Assembly (NCBI GenBank): GCA_965224705.1
Contig: OZ245056.1
Span: 1,184,001 to 1,248,000, forward strand
Length of the DNA stretch: 64,000 nt
From: Spirochaetaceae bacterium
GTDB taxonomy: Bacteria; Spirochaetota; Spirochaetia; DSM-2461
Reading direction: 5' to 3'
Shown here: positions 1 to 9,176 of the stretch, in pieces
Position numbering within the stretch: position 1 is the stretch's first letter
Layout of the letters: each line of letters starts with the position of its first letter
Notes under the pieces: generated by a model
The model's database searches: none
What the model saw: only the letters and a program-made list of their open reading frames with translations
What the model was told of the DNA's origin: nothing
Position numbers and translations under genes: made by a program

Positions 1-704
1 CTTCTCCATTTCTCCTTGGCTTCCAGCCTGTCCAACATGGCTTGATCGGCGGTGAATTGGGTGTAGAGTTTATGGGCCTCCTGAATATACGGGTTGTCTC
101 CCAATAAGACTCGCATCTCGTCCTCCTTTAAGTAACCTTCGTACTTGAAAAAATAGCACCATCGCTCGAAGTCGCTTTCAAAAGTCAGGCTGTCCCTGTC
201 GGGAAAGGCCATCTTCGACAGCTCCATAAACATGATGCACAGATGGTCGGTCAGCACCAGCTCTGGATTACCCACTTCGGTAATATGAAAGCAGGTGTGA
301 CACTCCTCCAGTTGGGGAAAAACGGACTCGCCAACCAGATTGATGCAAATAACCGGATTGAGTTTGGAGTAGGCCTCTGTTTTCCGCAACTGGTTCTGAT
401 AGTTTTTTGCCCAGTATAACAGACTGCGATTGGCAAAATACTTGCCGGTGGATATCTGTATTTCTATGTCGATGATGCGCTTGCGGTTGTCTCTTGCCTT
501 GACATCCAGTATGGTTTCCCTGTCGCTGAAGTATTCTTTCAGGTTGTAGGGGTTGAGTATCTCGACGCTGGTGACCGGGCCTAATTCCTTTTGAGTTAAA
601 AAAGCATTGATAAAATTCGTCAGCAGGCTGGTGTTTTTCTCATCGCCCAGAAGGGCACGGGCAAACAAGTCAGACAGCGGATCGAATGGTCTGGTTGTTT
701 CCAT
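1..704 (-). CDS. Rpn-family (PD-(D/E)XK, PDDEXK_2) nuclease/putative transposase; 3' end runs off the window
   Basis: Not in the ORF track. Manual translation from ATG at 704 gives METTRPFDPLSDLFARALLGDEKN...ETILDVKARDNRKRIIDIEIQ...FANRSLLYWAKNY...LNPVICINL, the typical Rpn D-x(n)-E-x-Q core. Frame stays open to position 1. Confidence 0.85.
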   Translation of the reverse strand, partial: METTRPFDPLSDLFARALLGDEKNTSLLTNFINAFLTQKELGPVTSVEILNPYNLKEYFSDRETILDVKARDNRKRIIDIEIQISTGKYFANRSLLYWAKNYQNQLRKTEAYSKLNPVICINLVGESVFPQLEECHTCFHITEVGNPELVLTDHLCIMFMELSKMAFPDRDSLTFESDFERWCYFFKYEGYLKEDEMRVLLGDNPYIQEAHKLYTQFTADQAMLDRLEAKEKWR

Positions 705-741
705 GATTTTACATTACGGGAGTTTTGGCATTTATGCAAGG

Positions 742-1262
742 GCGAAAGCCCCCCCCCCCCCCCCGCACCAGATGCCGCCACCTCCGTGCCCTCCGTGCCT
801 CCGTGAGAGACACCCCAGAATCATTGTTTTTCATTTTTAGGGGACTTGTAATTGGCTTCTACCGTGAACACTCTGCGTTCTCTGCGGTTACAAAACCCAT
901 GAATAAGGCTCTTTGAGTATATGAAAGGGGGGATAAACCGCAGAGGACGCAGAGGTACGCAGAGAAATGTAGCATAGAAGGATTGGTCGATACTTACCGT
1001 GAACACTCTGCGCTCTCTGCGTCCTCTGCGGTTAAAAAACTAAGGAAGAATCTCCAGTCGATGTATGGAGAAGAATTGCAGTGACGGCCATCTGCTCTCA
1101 TCTCCTGGCCTTGCTACAGGTTTATGACAGTTTATTGGTCAATTTCCCGATAAAAACGAATACAAAAAAAGAGCCCCGGTGATTACCAGGGCTCTTGGTC
1201 TAGCTATGAAGAACTGTTAATGCAGTTCTTCCGAAATGCTGAACAATCAATTCAGATATTTC
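742..1262. repeat. Downstream block of lipoprotein 1; near-duplicate of 3194-3570, with one extra 133-bp unit
   Basis: 742-880 matches about 3194-3330 and 1020-1262 matches about 3328-3570. Confidence 0.9.
1164..1196 (-). terminator. Rho-independent terminator of lipoprotein 1
   Basis: Minus strand reads AAGAGCCCTGGTAATCACCGGGGCTC followed by T7. Confidence 0.8.
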
Positions 1263-2350
1263 TAATTCACTGTAACCGTTATGGTTCCAGTTATTCCAGC
1301 ACCCTCTTCTGATTCCGCTGTTATGGTTGCGGTCTGGCCTCCCGTCGCTGTTGAAACAACCGTCACCAGTCCAGTCGTACTTACCGTCGCTACGTTTGTA
1401 TCGCTACTCTTCCATGAGACAATCTGAGATGGATTGTTGGTTCCTGTTACGGTTGCACTCAGCTGTACCGTGCCGCCTGCATCCAGATTCTGATTACCTT
1501 CGTTTATCGTAACAGAAGTTACCGTAGGATCCAGTGCAACCGTTGTCTTCACGGTAGCTGCGATATTGTTGTTAGGCGTGGCCGCCTTATCCGCAGCAAA
1601 ACCTTCCGCTATAACCACGCTGACCTCTTGGCCTAATATGAATTGTACCATGTTTGTTTCGATTTTCACCGTCATTCCATCATTTTGCAAAGTAACACTG
1701 TATACAGAAAGATGTGTGGGGTTAGCGCCACCATCGTCATGCATAACCGTTAGTTTGGCTTTTTGCTCGTCTGCAGTACCGAGCAATGTTATGGCCTCAT
1801 TTGCTTTAAGGTACATTATATTAGTCCCTCCTGATTCCCAAGCGATTACTGTAAACGTTGGGGCTGTTGTATCGACCGGGGTGGCTGTTTTCTCTTCTGA
1901 GGCCGCACTTTCCCCGGTGGCATTCGTTGCTGTTATCTTGAAGAAGTACGGTGTGCCGTCGGTCAGGCCTGTCACTTCCTTTGTCAACGTAGTGCCGCCG
2001 GTGACCTCGACTGCCGTAACACCTGCGGCAGCCAGATCAGTAATGGTCGATTCAGAGTGGTAGACCGTATACTTGGTGATAACTCCCTTCGTGCCATCCC
2101 CGCCAATGTAGCCCGTATCGGTGGGTGCTGTCCATGAGAGTGTGATGTTCCCCGCCGTGTCCGCAGTTGCGGTGACTAAAGTCGGTGCTCCGGGAGGCGC
2201 GTCCTCGACGGTGGAATTGGTAGACGGACAGGCCGCGAGCAGCACGGCGAGCAGGCTTGCTGCAAGAATGAAGGATGCTGTCGCGAACGCCGAGCGCGTT
2301 CCGTTTGCCCTTCTGCTTCGTTTGAGAGTTTTGAGGTGATTCCGATTCAT
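1262..2350 (-). CDS. Surface lipoprotein: FN3 domain + Ig-like module + Big_2 Ig-like domain
   Basis: Basic N-region, hydrophobic core and LLAA-C lipobox. FN3 motifs ITLSWTAP...LTDGTPYFFKITATNATGES. C-terminal Big_2 VSWKSSDTNVATVSTTGLVT. Confidence 0.85.
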   Translation of the reverse strand: MNRNHLKTLKRSRRANGTRSAFATASFILAASLLAVLLAACPSTNSTVEDAPPGAPTLVTATADTAGNITLSWTAPTDTGYIGGDGTKGVITKYTVYHSESTITDLAAAGVTAVEVTGGTTLTKEVTGLTDGTPYFFKITATNATGESAASEEKTATPVDTTAPTFTVIAWESGGTNIMYLKANEAITLLGTADEQKAKLTVMHDDGGANPTHLSVYSVTLQNDGMTVKIETNMVQFILGQEVSVVIAEGFAADKAATPNNNIAATVKTTVALDPTVTSVTINEGNQNLDAGGTVQLSATVTGTNNPSQIVSWKSSDTNVATVSTTGLVTVVSTATGGQTATITAESEEGAGITGTITVTVN

Positions 2351-2514
2351 TTGATTCTCCTATAGTCGGAAGTTTGTTTGGGTGCTACAGCTCATTATGA
2401 GGTATACTCATACAATTATGACAGATTTCTCCTGTTTTGTCCAGAAAAAGCATCGAGGTTGGCAGGGCAATCGCATCTAATCGCAAAGAATGTGGAATCT
2501 CCTGAAAGCGGTAC

Positions 2515-3150
2515 TAAACCGCAGAGGACGCAGAGGTACGCAGAGAAATACAGCGTAGAAAGATTGGTCAGTATTTACTGTGAACACTCTGCGCTCTCTG
2601 CGGTTAAAAACCCATGAATAAGGCTCTTTGAGTATATGGAAGGGGAATAAACCGCAGAGGACGCAGAGGCACGCAGAGAAATACAGCATAGAAAGATTGG
2701 TCGATACTTACCGCGAACACTCTGCGCTCTTTGCGGTTACAAAACCCATGAATAAGGCTCTTTGAGTATATGAAAGAGGGATAAACCGCAGAGGACGCAG
2801 AGGTACGCAGAGAAATACAGCATAGAAGGATTGGTCTATACTTACTGTGAATACTCTGCGCTTTCTGCGGTTAAAAACTTATGAATAAGGCTTTTTGAGT
2901 ATATGGAAGGGGGATAAACCGCAGAGGACGCAGAGGTACGCAGAGAAATGTAGCATAGAAGGATTGGTCGATACTTACCGTGAACACTCTGCGCCCTCTG
3001 CGGTTAAAAACCTATGAATAAGGCTCTTTGAGTATATGAAAGAGGGATAAACCGCAGAGGACGCAGAGGTACGCAGAGAAATACAGCGTAGAAAGATTGG
3101 TCAGTATTTACGGTGAACACTCTGCGCTCTCTGCGTCCTCTGCGGTTATA
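2515..3150. repeat. Tandem array of about 4.8 copies of a 133-134 bp palindromic (REP/BIME-like) unit
   Basis: TAAACCGCAGAGGACGCAGAGG recurs at 2515, 2648, 2782, 2915 and 3048. Each copy pairs with a downstream CTCTGCG...CTCTGCGGTT. Confidence 0.95.
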
Positions 3151-3470
3151 AAAAAAGAGGATTCTTCAGCTTTGCGTTCATCTTAAGCTCCGTGCGAAAG
3201 CCCCCCCGCACCAGAGCCGCCACCTCCGTGCCCTTCGTGCCTCCGTGAGAGACACACCCCAGAAGCATCGTTTTCATTTTTAAGGACTTGTAATTGGCTT
3301 TTACCGTGAACACTCTGCGTTCTCTGCGTCCTCTGCGGTTATAAAAACTAAGGAAGAATCTCCAGTCGATGTATGGAGGAAAATTGCAGTGGCGGCCATC
3401 TGCTCGCATCTCCTGGCCTTGCTACAGGTTTATGATAGTTTATTGATCAATTCCCGATAAACATGAATAC

Positions 3471-3503
3471 AAAAAAAGAGCCCCGGTGATTACCAGGGCT
3501 CTT
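3471..3503 (-). terminator. Rho-independent terminator of lipoprotein 2
   Basis: Same hairpin and T-run as at 1164-1196. Confidence 0.8.
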
Positions 3504-3569
3504 GGTCTAGCTATGAAGAACTGTTAATGCAGTTCTTCCGAAATGCTGTGAACATCAATTCAGATATTT

Positions 3570-5585
3570 CTAGTTCGTCAGCGTAACCGTTATGCTGCCA
3601 CTTACTCCAGTATCCACTGTTGATGTCGCTGTTATGTCTGTGGTACCGCCAGCCGATGCTCCCGACGCGACTGTCACCAGTCCATTCGCATCCACCGTCG
3701 CTACGGCAGGAGTAGCGCTAGTCCACGTAACTGTTTGCGCTGGATTGTTGGTTCCTGCCACGGTTGCAGCCAGCTGTAGCGTTCCGGTAGCTATACTCAA
3801 ATCCCGATTACCTCCGGTTATCGTGACACTGTTTACCGTGGCCGCACTCACTGTAACCGTTATGGAGGCAGACTGTCCAGTATTCACTGTTGATGTCGCT
3901 GTTATGGTTGTCTGGGAACCTCCCGTTGCTGTTGACAAGACACTTACCACTCCACCAGCCACCGTTGCTACGGCAGTATCACTGCTTTCCCATGTAACTG
4001 TTTGCGCTGGATTGTTAGCTCCTGCCACGGTCGCAACCAGCGTCACACTCCCGCTCGGATCAAGCGTCTGATCAGCTTTGTCAAGAGTGACACCAGTCAC
4101 GGTGACCGCACTCACTGTAACCGTTATGGAGGCAGACTGTCCAGTATCCACTGTTGATGTCGCTGTTATGGTTGTCTGGGAACCTCCCGTTGCTGTTGAC
4201 AAGACACTTACCACTCCACCAGCCACCGTCGCTACGGTAGTATCACTGCTTTCCCATGTAACTGTTTGCGCTGGATTGTTGGTTCCTGCCACGGTCGCAA
4301 CCAGCGTCACAGTTCCACCCGCATCAAGCGTCTGATCAGTTTTGTCAAGAGTGACACCGGTTACCGTAGGCGTTGGAGTTGCAACCTCTGTCTTCACGGT
4401 AGCTGCGGCATTGTTGTTAGGCGTGGCCGCCTTATCCTTAGCAAAATCTGCCTCTATATCCACGCTGACCTCTTGGCCAGCTGTGAAAGTAGCTGCCGCG
4501 TCCAGAGTAATTGTCACCGTTGTTTCATTACTTTCCAAAGCAACCGTTTTTACAGTAAGAGCTACGGGGCTAGTGCCAGCAGCATCATTTTTAACCGTTA
4601 GTTTGGCTACGTTTGCGGCTGCATCAGTACTGAGCAATGTTATGGCCTCACTTGCTGTAAGGGTCAGCGTGCTCTGCGATCCTGCCGTAATTGCGCTTAA
4701 GTCAAACGTTGGGGCTTTTGTGTCCGCCACGGTAACTTCTAAGTGGGGATCGGCTGTTGCAACGTTCTTGTTAGGCGTGGTCGCCTTATCCTCAGCAAAA
4801 TCTGCCTTTATCTCCACGCTAACCTTTTGGCCAGCTGTGAAAGTAGTTGCCGAATTTACAGTGATTGTCACCGTCACTTCATCAGCATCCACAGCAGCAT
4901 CTGCCACAGGAACGTCTGTGTTTGTACCACCAACGTCATTTGTGACCGTTAGTTGGCCGCTTCTTGCGGTTGCATCAATACCGAGCAATGTTATTGGCTC
5001 ACTTGCTGTAAGGGTAAGCGTGGTTGCAGCATCTGATGGTGAGATTGCGTCTAACGTAAACGTTGGGGCTGTTGTGTCCTCCGTTACGGTAACCTCTTTG
5101 GTGTCTTCGAGATTCTTGTTAGGCGTGGTCGCCTTATCCGCAGCAAAATCTGCCGCTATCTTCACGCTGACCTTTTTGCCAGCTACGAAGTCTACCGGGG
5201 GGTCTATAGCGATTGTCACCGTCATTCCATCAGTACCCAGAGTAGCCCCTGTTACAGGAACGTCTGTGTCTGTACCACCAACATCATTTGTAACCGTTAG
5301 TTTGTCCTTGTTTACGGCGTCATCAGCACTGAGCAATGTTATGGCCTCATCTGCTACAATGGTAAGCGTTTTTACATCAGTTCTTCCCGCAATTTCGCTT
5401 AATGTAAACGTTGGGGGTGTCGTGTCGGTGCTGGTAGACGGACAGGCCACAAGTAGCACAGCGAGCAGGCTTGCGGCAATAATGAAGGATGCTGTCGCGA
5501 ACGCCGAGCGCGTTCCGTTTGCCCTTCTGCTTCGTTTGGCTCCTCCAAGTTGGCTTGAAAGAGTCTTGAAATGATTCCGATTCAT
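3570..5585 (-). CDS. Surface lipoprotein: 3 Ig-like modules (DTT[PA]PTF start) + 3 Big_2 domains; adhesin-like
   Basis: LLVA-C lipobox, three repeats of about 115-120 aa, and three Big_2 repeats (VTWESSD..VATV.GGVV). Signal peptide nearly identical to that of 1262-2350. Confidence 0.85.
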   Translation of the reverse strand: MNRNHFKTLSSQLGGAKRSRRANGTRSAFATASFIIAASLLAVLLVACPSTSTDTTPPTFTLSEIAGRTDVKTLTIVADEAITLLSADDAVNKDKLTVTNDVGGTDTDVPVTGATLGTDGMTVTIAIDPPVDFVAGKKVSVKIAADFAADKATTPNKNLEDTKEVTVTEDTTAPTFTLDAISPSDAATTLTLTASEPITLLGIDATARSGQLTVTNDVGGTNTDVPVADAAVDADEVTVTITVNSATTFTAGQKVSVEIKADFAEDKATTPNKNVATADPHLEVTVADTKAPTFDLSAITAGSQSTLTLTASEAITLLSTDAAANVAKLTVKNDAAGTSPVALTVKTVALESNETTVTITLDAAATFTAGQEVSVDIEADFAKDKAATPNNNAAATVKTEVATPTPTVTGVTLDKTDQTLDAGGTVTLVATVAGTNNPAQTVTWESSDTTVATVAGGVVSVLSTATGGSQTTITATSTVDTGQSASITVTVSAVTVTGVTLDKADQTLDPSGSVTLVATVAGANNPAQTVTWESSDTAVATVAGGVVSVLSTATGGSQTTITATSTVNTGQSASITVTVSAATVNSVTITGGNRDLSIATGTLQLAATVAGTNNPAQTVTWTSATPAVATVDANGLVTVASGASAGGTTDITATSTVDTGVSGSITVTLTN
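3842..4369. repeat. Near-identical 264-bp intragenic tandem duplication (two Big_2 domains)
   Basis: CCGCACTCACTGTAACCGTTATGGAGGCAGAC starts at both 3842 and 4106. Confidence 0.9.
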
Positions 5586-5772
5586 TTGATTCTCCTTAAA
5601 TAGGTCGGAAGTTTGCCTGGGCTCTACAGCCCATTAGAAGGGCATGCTAGTACAGGGTTCTCCTATTGTCAAGGGCACGAAGTGAAATTTAGAATTTTTT
5701 TTCGCAAAAAAAATTTTGGCACAAAAACCCCTTTCGATGCTCTGGATTTAGCCCAGGCAATCAGGTTCTTCC

Positions 5773-5969
5773 AGGAGTCTATCGGACTTTAAGGCTTTGA
5801 GGCTATTTTTTGATGATTCTTTTTGATGCAAGGCGACCTGTCCGCCGACAGGCAGGCAAGAACGGAGCGTAGCTGGGCTGCGGGAGTATTTTGGCAGCCC
5901 AGCAGCGGGGTATGCGAGTCCTGGACTCGCATACCAAAGAGAGTGCCGAGCGATAGTCAGGAAAAGCCC
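5773..5969 (+). mobile_element. MITE copy A (left part, with nested hairpins)
   Basis: Starts AGGAGTCTATCGGACTTT. Internal sequence is shared with the copies at 6588 and 52275. Confidence 0.75.
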
Positions 5970-6354
5970 ATCAGCTTGAATTGTAAGGGTAATATTCATC
6001 AATACGCTGGCAGTATGAATTCCTCCCTGGATGCTTTGACAAAGAAGTCGGTATTGCTGATTCAGGGAAATGCATAAGTTCACCTTGCCGCGGCTGGACA
6101 CAAATGACATACCCAGAGATAAAGCCGCAGATGCAATGACTGGTACTTGAGAGGTTAAGGATGGACTGTGAAACTGTCGGCACACGCACTTAAACCCGGA
6201 AAGGGGTGACACTTCTACTGTGGTAAGGGGAGTGGCATTTCTACGTGATACAGCAGGAGGGGATTTTTTGATGCTGCTAATAGCTTGACACGTCACCATA
6301 CTCTGGTTTAGTTAGTAATAGGTTTCCGGTTTTACCATCAAGGAGGAAGACGGA

Positions 6355-6561
6355 ATGAATTACACGGCTGTTATTGAGCATTGCAGGGCTACTGGATTAT
6401 ATGTTGGATATGTTCCTGGTTTTTCTGGTGCGCACTCACAGGGTAAAACTCTGGAAGAGCTAAACATAAACCTGCGTGAGGTTATATCTATGCTGTTGGA
6501 AGATGGCGTGCCTGATATGGAGACTGAGTTTGTGGGAACCCAACAGGTTGTGGTTTCATAA
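6355..6561 (+). CDS. hicB: HicB-family antitoxin
   Basis: YTAVIE...GLYVGYVPGFSGAHSQGKTLEEL..NLREVISMLLE; AGGAGG RBS. Confidence 0.85.
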   Translation: MNYTAVIEHCRATGLYVGYVPGFSGAHSQGKTLEELNINLREVISMLLEDGVPDMETEFVGTQQVVVS

Positions 6562-6564
6562 GCA

Positions 6565-6588
6565 ATGGGACAAGTACCAGTTCTCTAA
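6565..6588 (+). pseudogene. Probable HicA toxin 5' stub (MGQVPVL*) truncated at a MITE
   Basis: ATG 3 nt after the hicB stop. The MGxxPVL start resembles HicA proteins of hicBA operons. The stop overlaps the MITE end. Confidence 0.55.
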
Positions 6589-6749
6589 GGAGTCTGTCGG
6601 ACTTTAAGACTTCGAGACGATTTTTGATGATTTTTTTTGATGCAAGGCGGCGAAAACGAACGAAGGCGGCTCTCCAGAAGCAAGCAGGAGGCTTACTTCT
6701 GGAGAGAAGGGCAAAATCGAACCGTGAGGCCTAAGTCCGGCAGACTCCT
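6588..6749 (+). mobile_element. MITE copy B with both terminal inverted repeats
   Basis: AGGAGTCTGTCGGACTT ... AAGTCCGGCAGACTCCT; no ORF. Confidence 0.85.
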
Positions 6750-6865
6750 GGGGTTTCGATCATTTTCATGAAAGTTGCGGCGGCTTCAAAGGCACAACAC
6801 TTGCCGCAATGGCCGTAACTATAGGACTACTTGCAAAGGAAGCAGTTCCATCAAAGGAGTTATTC

Positions 6866-7378
6866 ATGGCAAATGAGATTCAGATTGTCAAACGAGACGA
6901 GCAGAAGGCCCTTGTCGTCCGGAACAGGGTGAGCATGCTGAAACTCCCCAAGGCTATCGGCAGTGCTTATGCCAGGATTGTCGAACACATGAAGCGCAAG
7001 GGCTGCGATCCCGAAGGGGCCCCGTTTACAAGTTACAAGGTGGACGACTGGGAGAAAACTGTCAGCATAAGCGGATTGAAAATGCTTATCAGTGTATTCA
7101 CCCAGAAATGGGATGTCGAGTCCGGTTTTCATGTTCCTGAAAACATGGAAGGGGAAGGTTGTGTGGAAGCGATAACACAGCCGTCCGGCGAGTATTTCCA
7201 TGCGGTCCATATCGGTCCCTATCAAAAAGTTGGTGAAGTCTATAAAAAAATATATGCATTGGCAAAAGAACAGAACCGGACATTGGACAATAGAACTTAC
7301 GAATACTACGAAAACGACCCGGCCGATACACCCAAAGACAAGCTAGAAACACGGGTAATTGTGAGGATCGTAGATTAG
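6866..7378 (+). CDS. GyrI-like small-molecule-binding protein
   Basis: AAGGAG RBS before ATG 6866. Motif HIGPYQKVGEVY...EYYENDP...LETRV. Confidence 0.8.
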   Translation: MANEIQIVKRDEQKALVVRNRVSMLKLPKAIGSAYARIVEHMKRKGCDPEGAPFTSYKVDDWEKTVSISGLKMLISVFTQKWDVESGFHVPENMEGEGCVEAITQPSGEYFHAVHIGPYQKVGEVYKKIYALAKEQNRTLDNRTYEYYENDPADTPKDKLETRVIVRIVD

Positions 7379-7429
7379 GGCTCGTTGAAAAAGTCATTAT
7401 CACAAATTCTCAAGGTAAAAGCCAGTTGC

Positions 7430-7555
7430 AAATGAGCAGTTCCGAACCATGCTGACCTCTTCAAAACAGTTTCTGCCCTAAACGGGTGAAGGCTTCTGAG
7501 GTAATATCTATCGTCATAGGGCTCACCGTCTAGGTTAATTGGTTTTTTGTTCTTG
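7430..7555 (-). mobile_element. Internally deleted IS remnant related to the transposase at 37284-37570
   Basis: GCAGTTCCGAACCATG.TGACCTCTTCAAAAC and GGTTAATTGG.TTT are both shared with 37335-37570. Confidence 0.55.
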
Positions 7556-7590
7556 TACGAATTTGGATAAACAATTGAGTGGATATCAAA

Positions 7591-7818
7591 ATGCAGGAAA
7601 AGGTTTTAAAAATAATGAACACAGTCCTTGAAAACAGGGGAAAAGAGAAATTGACATCCATAACTCCTGAGATGCACCTGAGAAATGACATTGGATTTGA
7701 TTCCCTTGACTTAGCTGAACTGACAGTGCGAATTGAAGCAGAGTATGACATTGATATTTTTGAAAATGGAATCATAAACTCCGTGGGAGAAATTCTCAAT
7801 AAACTGGAAAACAAGTGA
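7591..7818 (+). CDS. Acyl carrier protein
   Basis: Phosphopantetheine motif IGFDSLDLAEL. Confidence 0.85.
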   Translation: MQEKVLKIMNTVLENRGKEKLTSITPEMHLRNDIGFDSLDLAELTVRIEAEYDIDIFENGIINSVGEILNKLENK

Positions 7819-7827
7819 GGAAGGAAT

Positions 7828-8616
7828 ACGTTTCTCAAAGATACTGATAACAACAGACTTGTTCCATGGGGTTCTCTGATTGATGATCTCAACAATACCT
7901 CCAGCTACAATCCTTACTGTAAGTCTGATGATTGTTACACCGTTTTTAAACATATAATTCTATCGTTGCTGCTAGACGAAGAAGTAATTCTTCTCGATTC
8001 GGACTTTACTGACTCTGAATTAGTAAATCTTACCGGTCATTTTGAATACGATGAATTCACTCGACCAATTGACAGGGGCACAGTTTCAACTATATCCAGC
8101 GAACAGGAACTAATTGAAAAGTTCAGTCCTCCCCCTGAGAATTGGAAAATAACATTGTTTACATCGGGAACAACTGGTACTCCCAAAAAGGTCAGCCATG
8201 ATTTTAAATCAATTACAAGATTTGTAAGAATTTCAGAGCACAATAGAAAGAGTATCTGGGGATTTGCCTATAACCCCACTCATATGGCTGGAATTCAGGT
8301 TTTCTTTCAGGCATTGCTGAATGGAAACTCTATCATTCGTCTATTTGGACTTAATACTGACGAAATTTATAACGAGATTAGAAATAACAGTATAACGCAT
8401 ATTTCAGCTACCCCAACTTTTTACAGGCTCCTGCTGCCCTGTGATGAAGCGTTTCCCTCCGTAGAAAAAATTACTTCAGGCGGTGAGAGATTCAATGAAA
8501 AGACTTTTAATCAACTGGAAAAAATCTTTCCAAATGCCGGAATAACCAATGTTTATGCTTCAACAGAAGCAGGAACCCTCTTGCTTCACGAAATGATTAT
8601 TTCGACTTCTATGTAA
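7828..8616 (+). pseudogene. AMP-binding (acyl-CoA/acyl-ACP ligase) enzyme, truncated
   Basis: FTSGTTGTPK and YASTEAG motifs. The frame is open back to an ACG at 7828 after an RBS (likely a mutated ATG) and ends shortly after TEAG. Confidence 0.75.
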
Positions 8617-8645
8617 GGAACAAATAAAACCTCTCTCCGTTGTTT

Positions 8646-8951
8646 TCAGGTACAATTTGATGCAGTCGTTTTTTCTTTAACATGCTTAATAATTTCGGCT
8701 TTATCAGCTTTTCCATTATCCATAATATTATCAATTTTGAAATATCGTCTCGCCAGTCCAATAAGGTATAAGCCAGTAATTATTAGAAAGAAGTATAGTA
8801 TTAACTGTATTTTACCATATGGATATTTTTCTGTTTCCCATCCCATATAAAAGAAAATGAATAATAGTAGTGATGATATAGCTGTTGTTATGAAACCTAC
8901 TAATGAGAAATATAAAGAGTACTCTATCTGAACAAAGGTTTTGAATTTCAT
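8646..8951 (-). CDS. Small 2-TM membrane protein; integron cassette 3 (its attC is lost)
   Basis: AT-rich ORF with AGGA RBS directly after GTTATAGGCA (8982-8973). Confidence 0.6.
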   Translation of the reverse strand: MKFKTFVQIEYSLYFSLVGFITTAISSLLLFIFFYMGWETEKYPYGKIQLILYFFLIITGLYLIGLARRYFKIDNIMDNGKADKAEIIKHVKEKTTASNCT

Positions 8952-8975
8952 TTAAGTTCCTTTAAATATTATTGC

Positions 8976-9143
8976 CTATAACGGCCCGCCGTTATCTGGC
9001 GTTGGTCCGCGCCCCTTGTGGGCTTGATCCAGCCTAATTTTTGGGAAAAGTGTATCACACTTTTCTCGGAATGGATCAAAGGACCAATGTGGCCGAAGGC
9101 CCGGAGGTGCGAAGCACCGGAGCAGATCAACGGCTGTTTTATG
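8976..9143 (-). other. attC recombination site
   Basis: Minus strand: CAAGTTCATAAAAC ... GTTATAGGC. L boxes CCGTTATCTG/CAGATCAACGG pair with one extrahelical base. Confidence 0.75.
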
Positions 9144-9176
9144 AACTTGACTTAGTAGAAGATCCTATCTCTATAG

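Noticed and set aside
2515..3150. CRISPR array
   Set aside because: The intervening sequences are near-identical rather than unique spacers, the period is 133 bp, and no cas genes are present.
607..3409. Short ORFs 607-840, 725-916, 821-1006, 2378-2617, 2477-2689 and 3146-3409
   Set aside because: They are translations of palindromic repeats or the poly-C tract, with no RBS or family motifs.
3592..5574. Long plus-strand ORFs such as 4342-5574 (also 1566-2063)
   Set aside because: Antisense shadows of the Thr/Ala/Val-rich lipoprotein genes.
1262..5585. Diversity-generating retroelement acting on the Ig lipoproteins
   Set aside because: No reverse transcriptase in the window, and differences between repeats are not adenine-specific.
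5748..6299. 183-aa minus-strand ORF and overlapping small ORFs
   Set aside because: They span a MITE and a DUF262 shard; no coherent protein signal.
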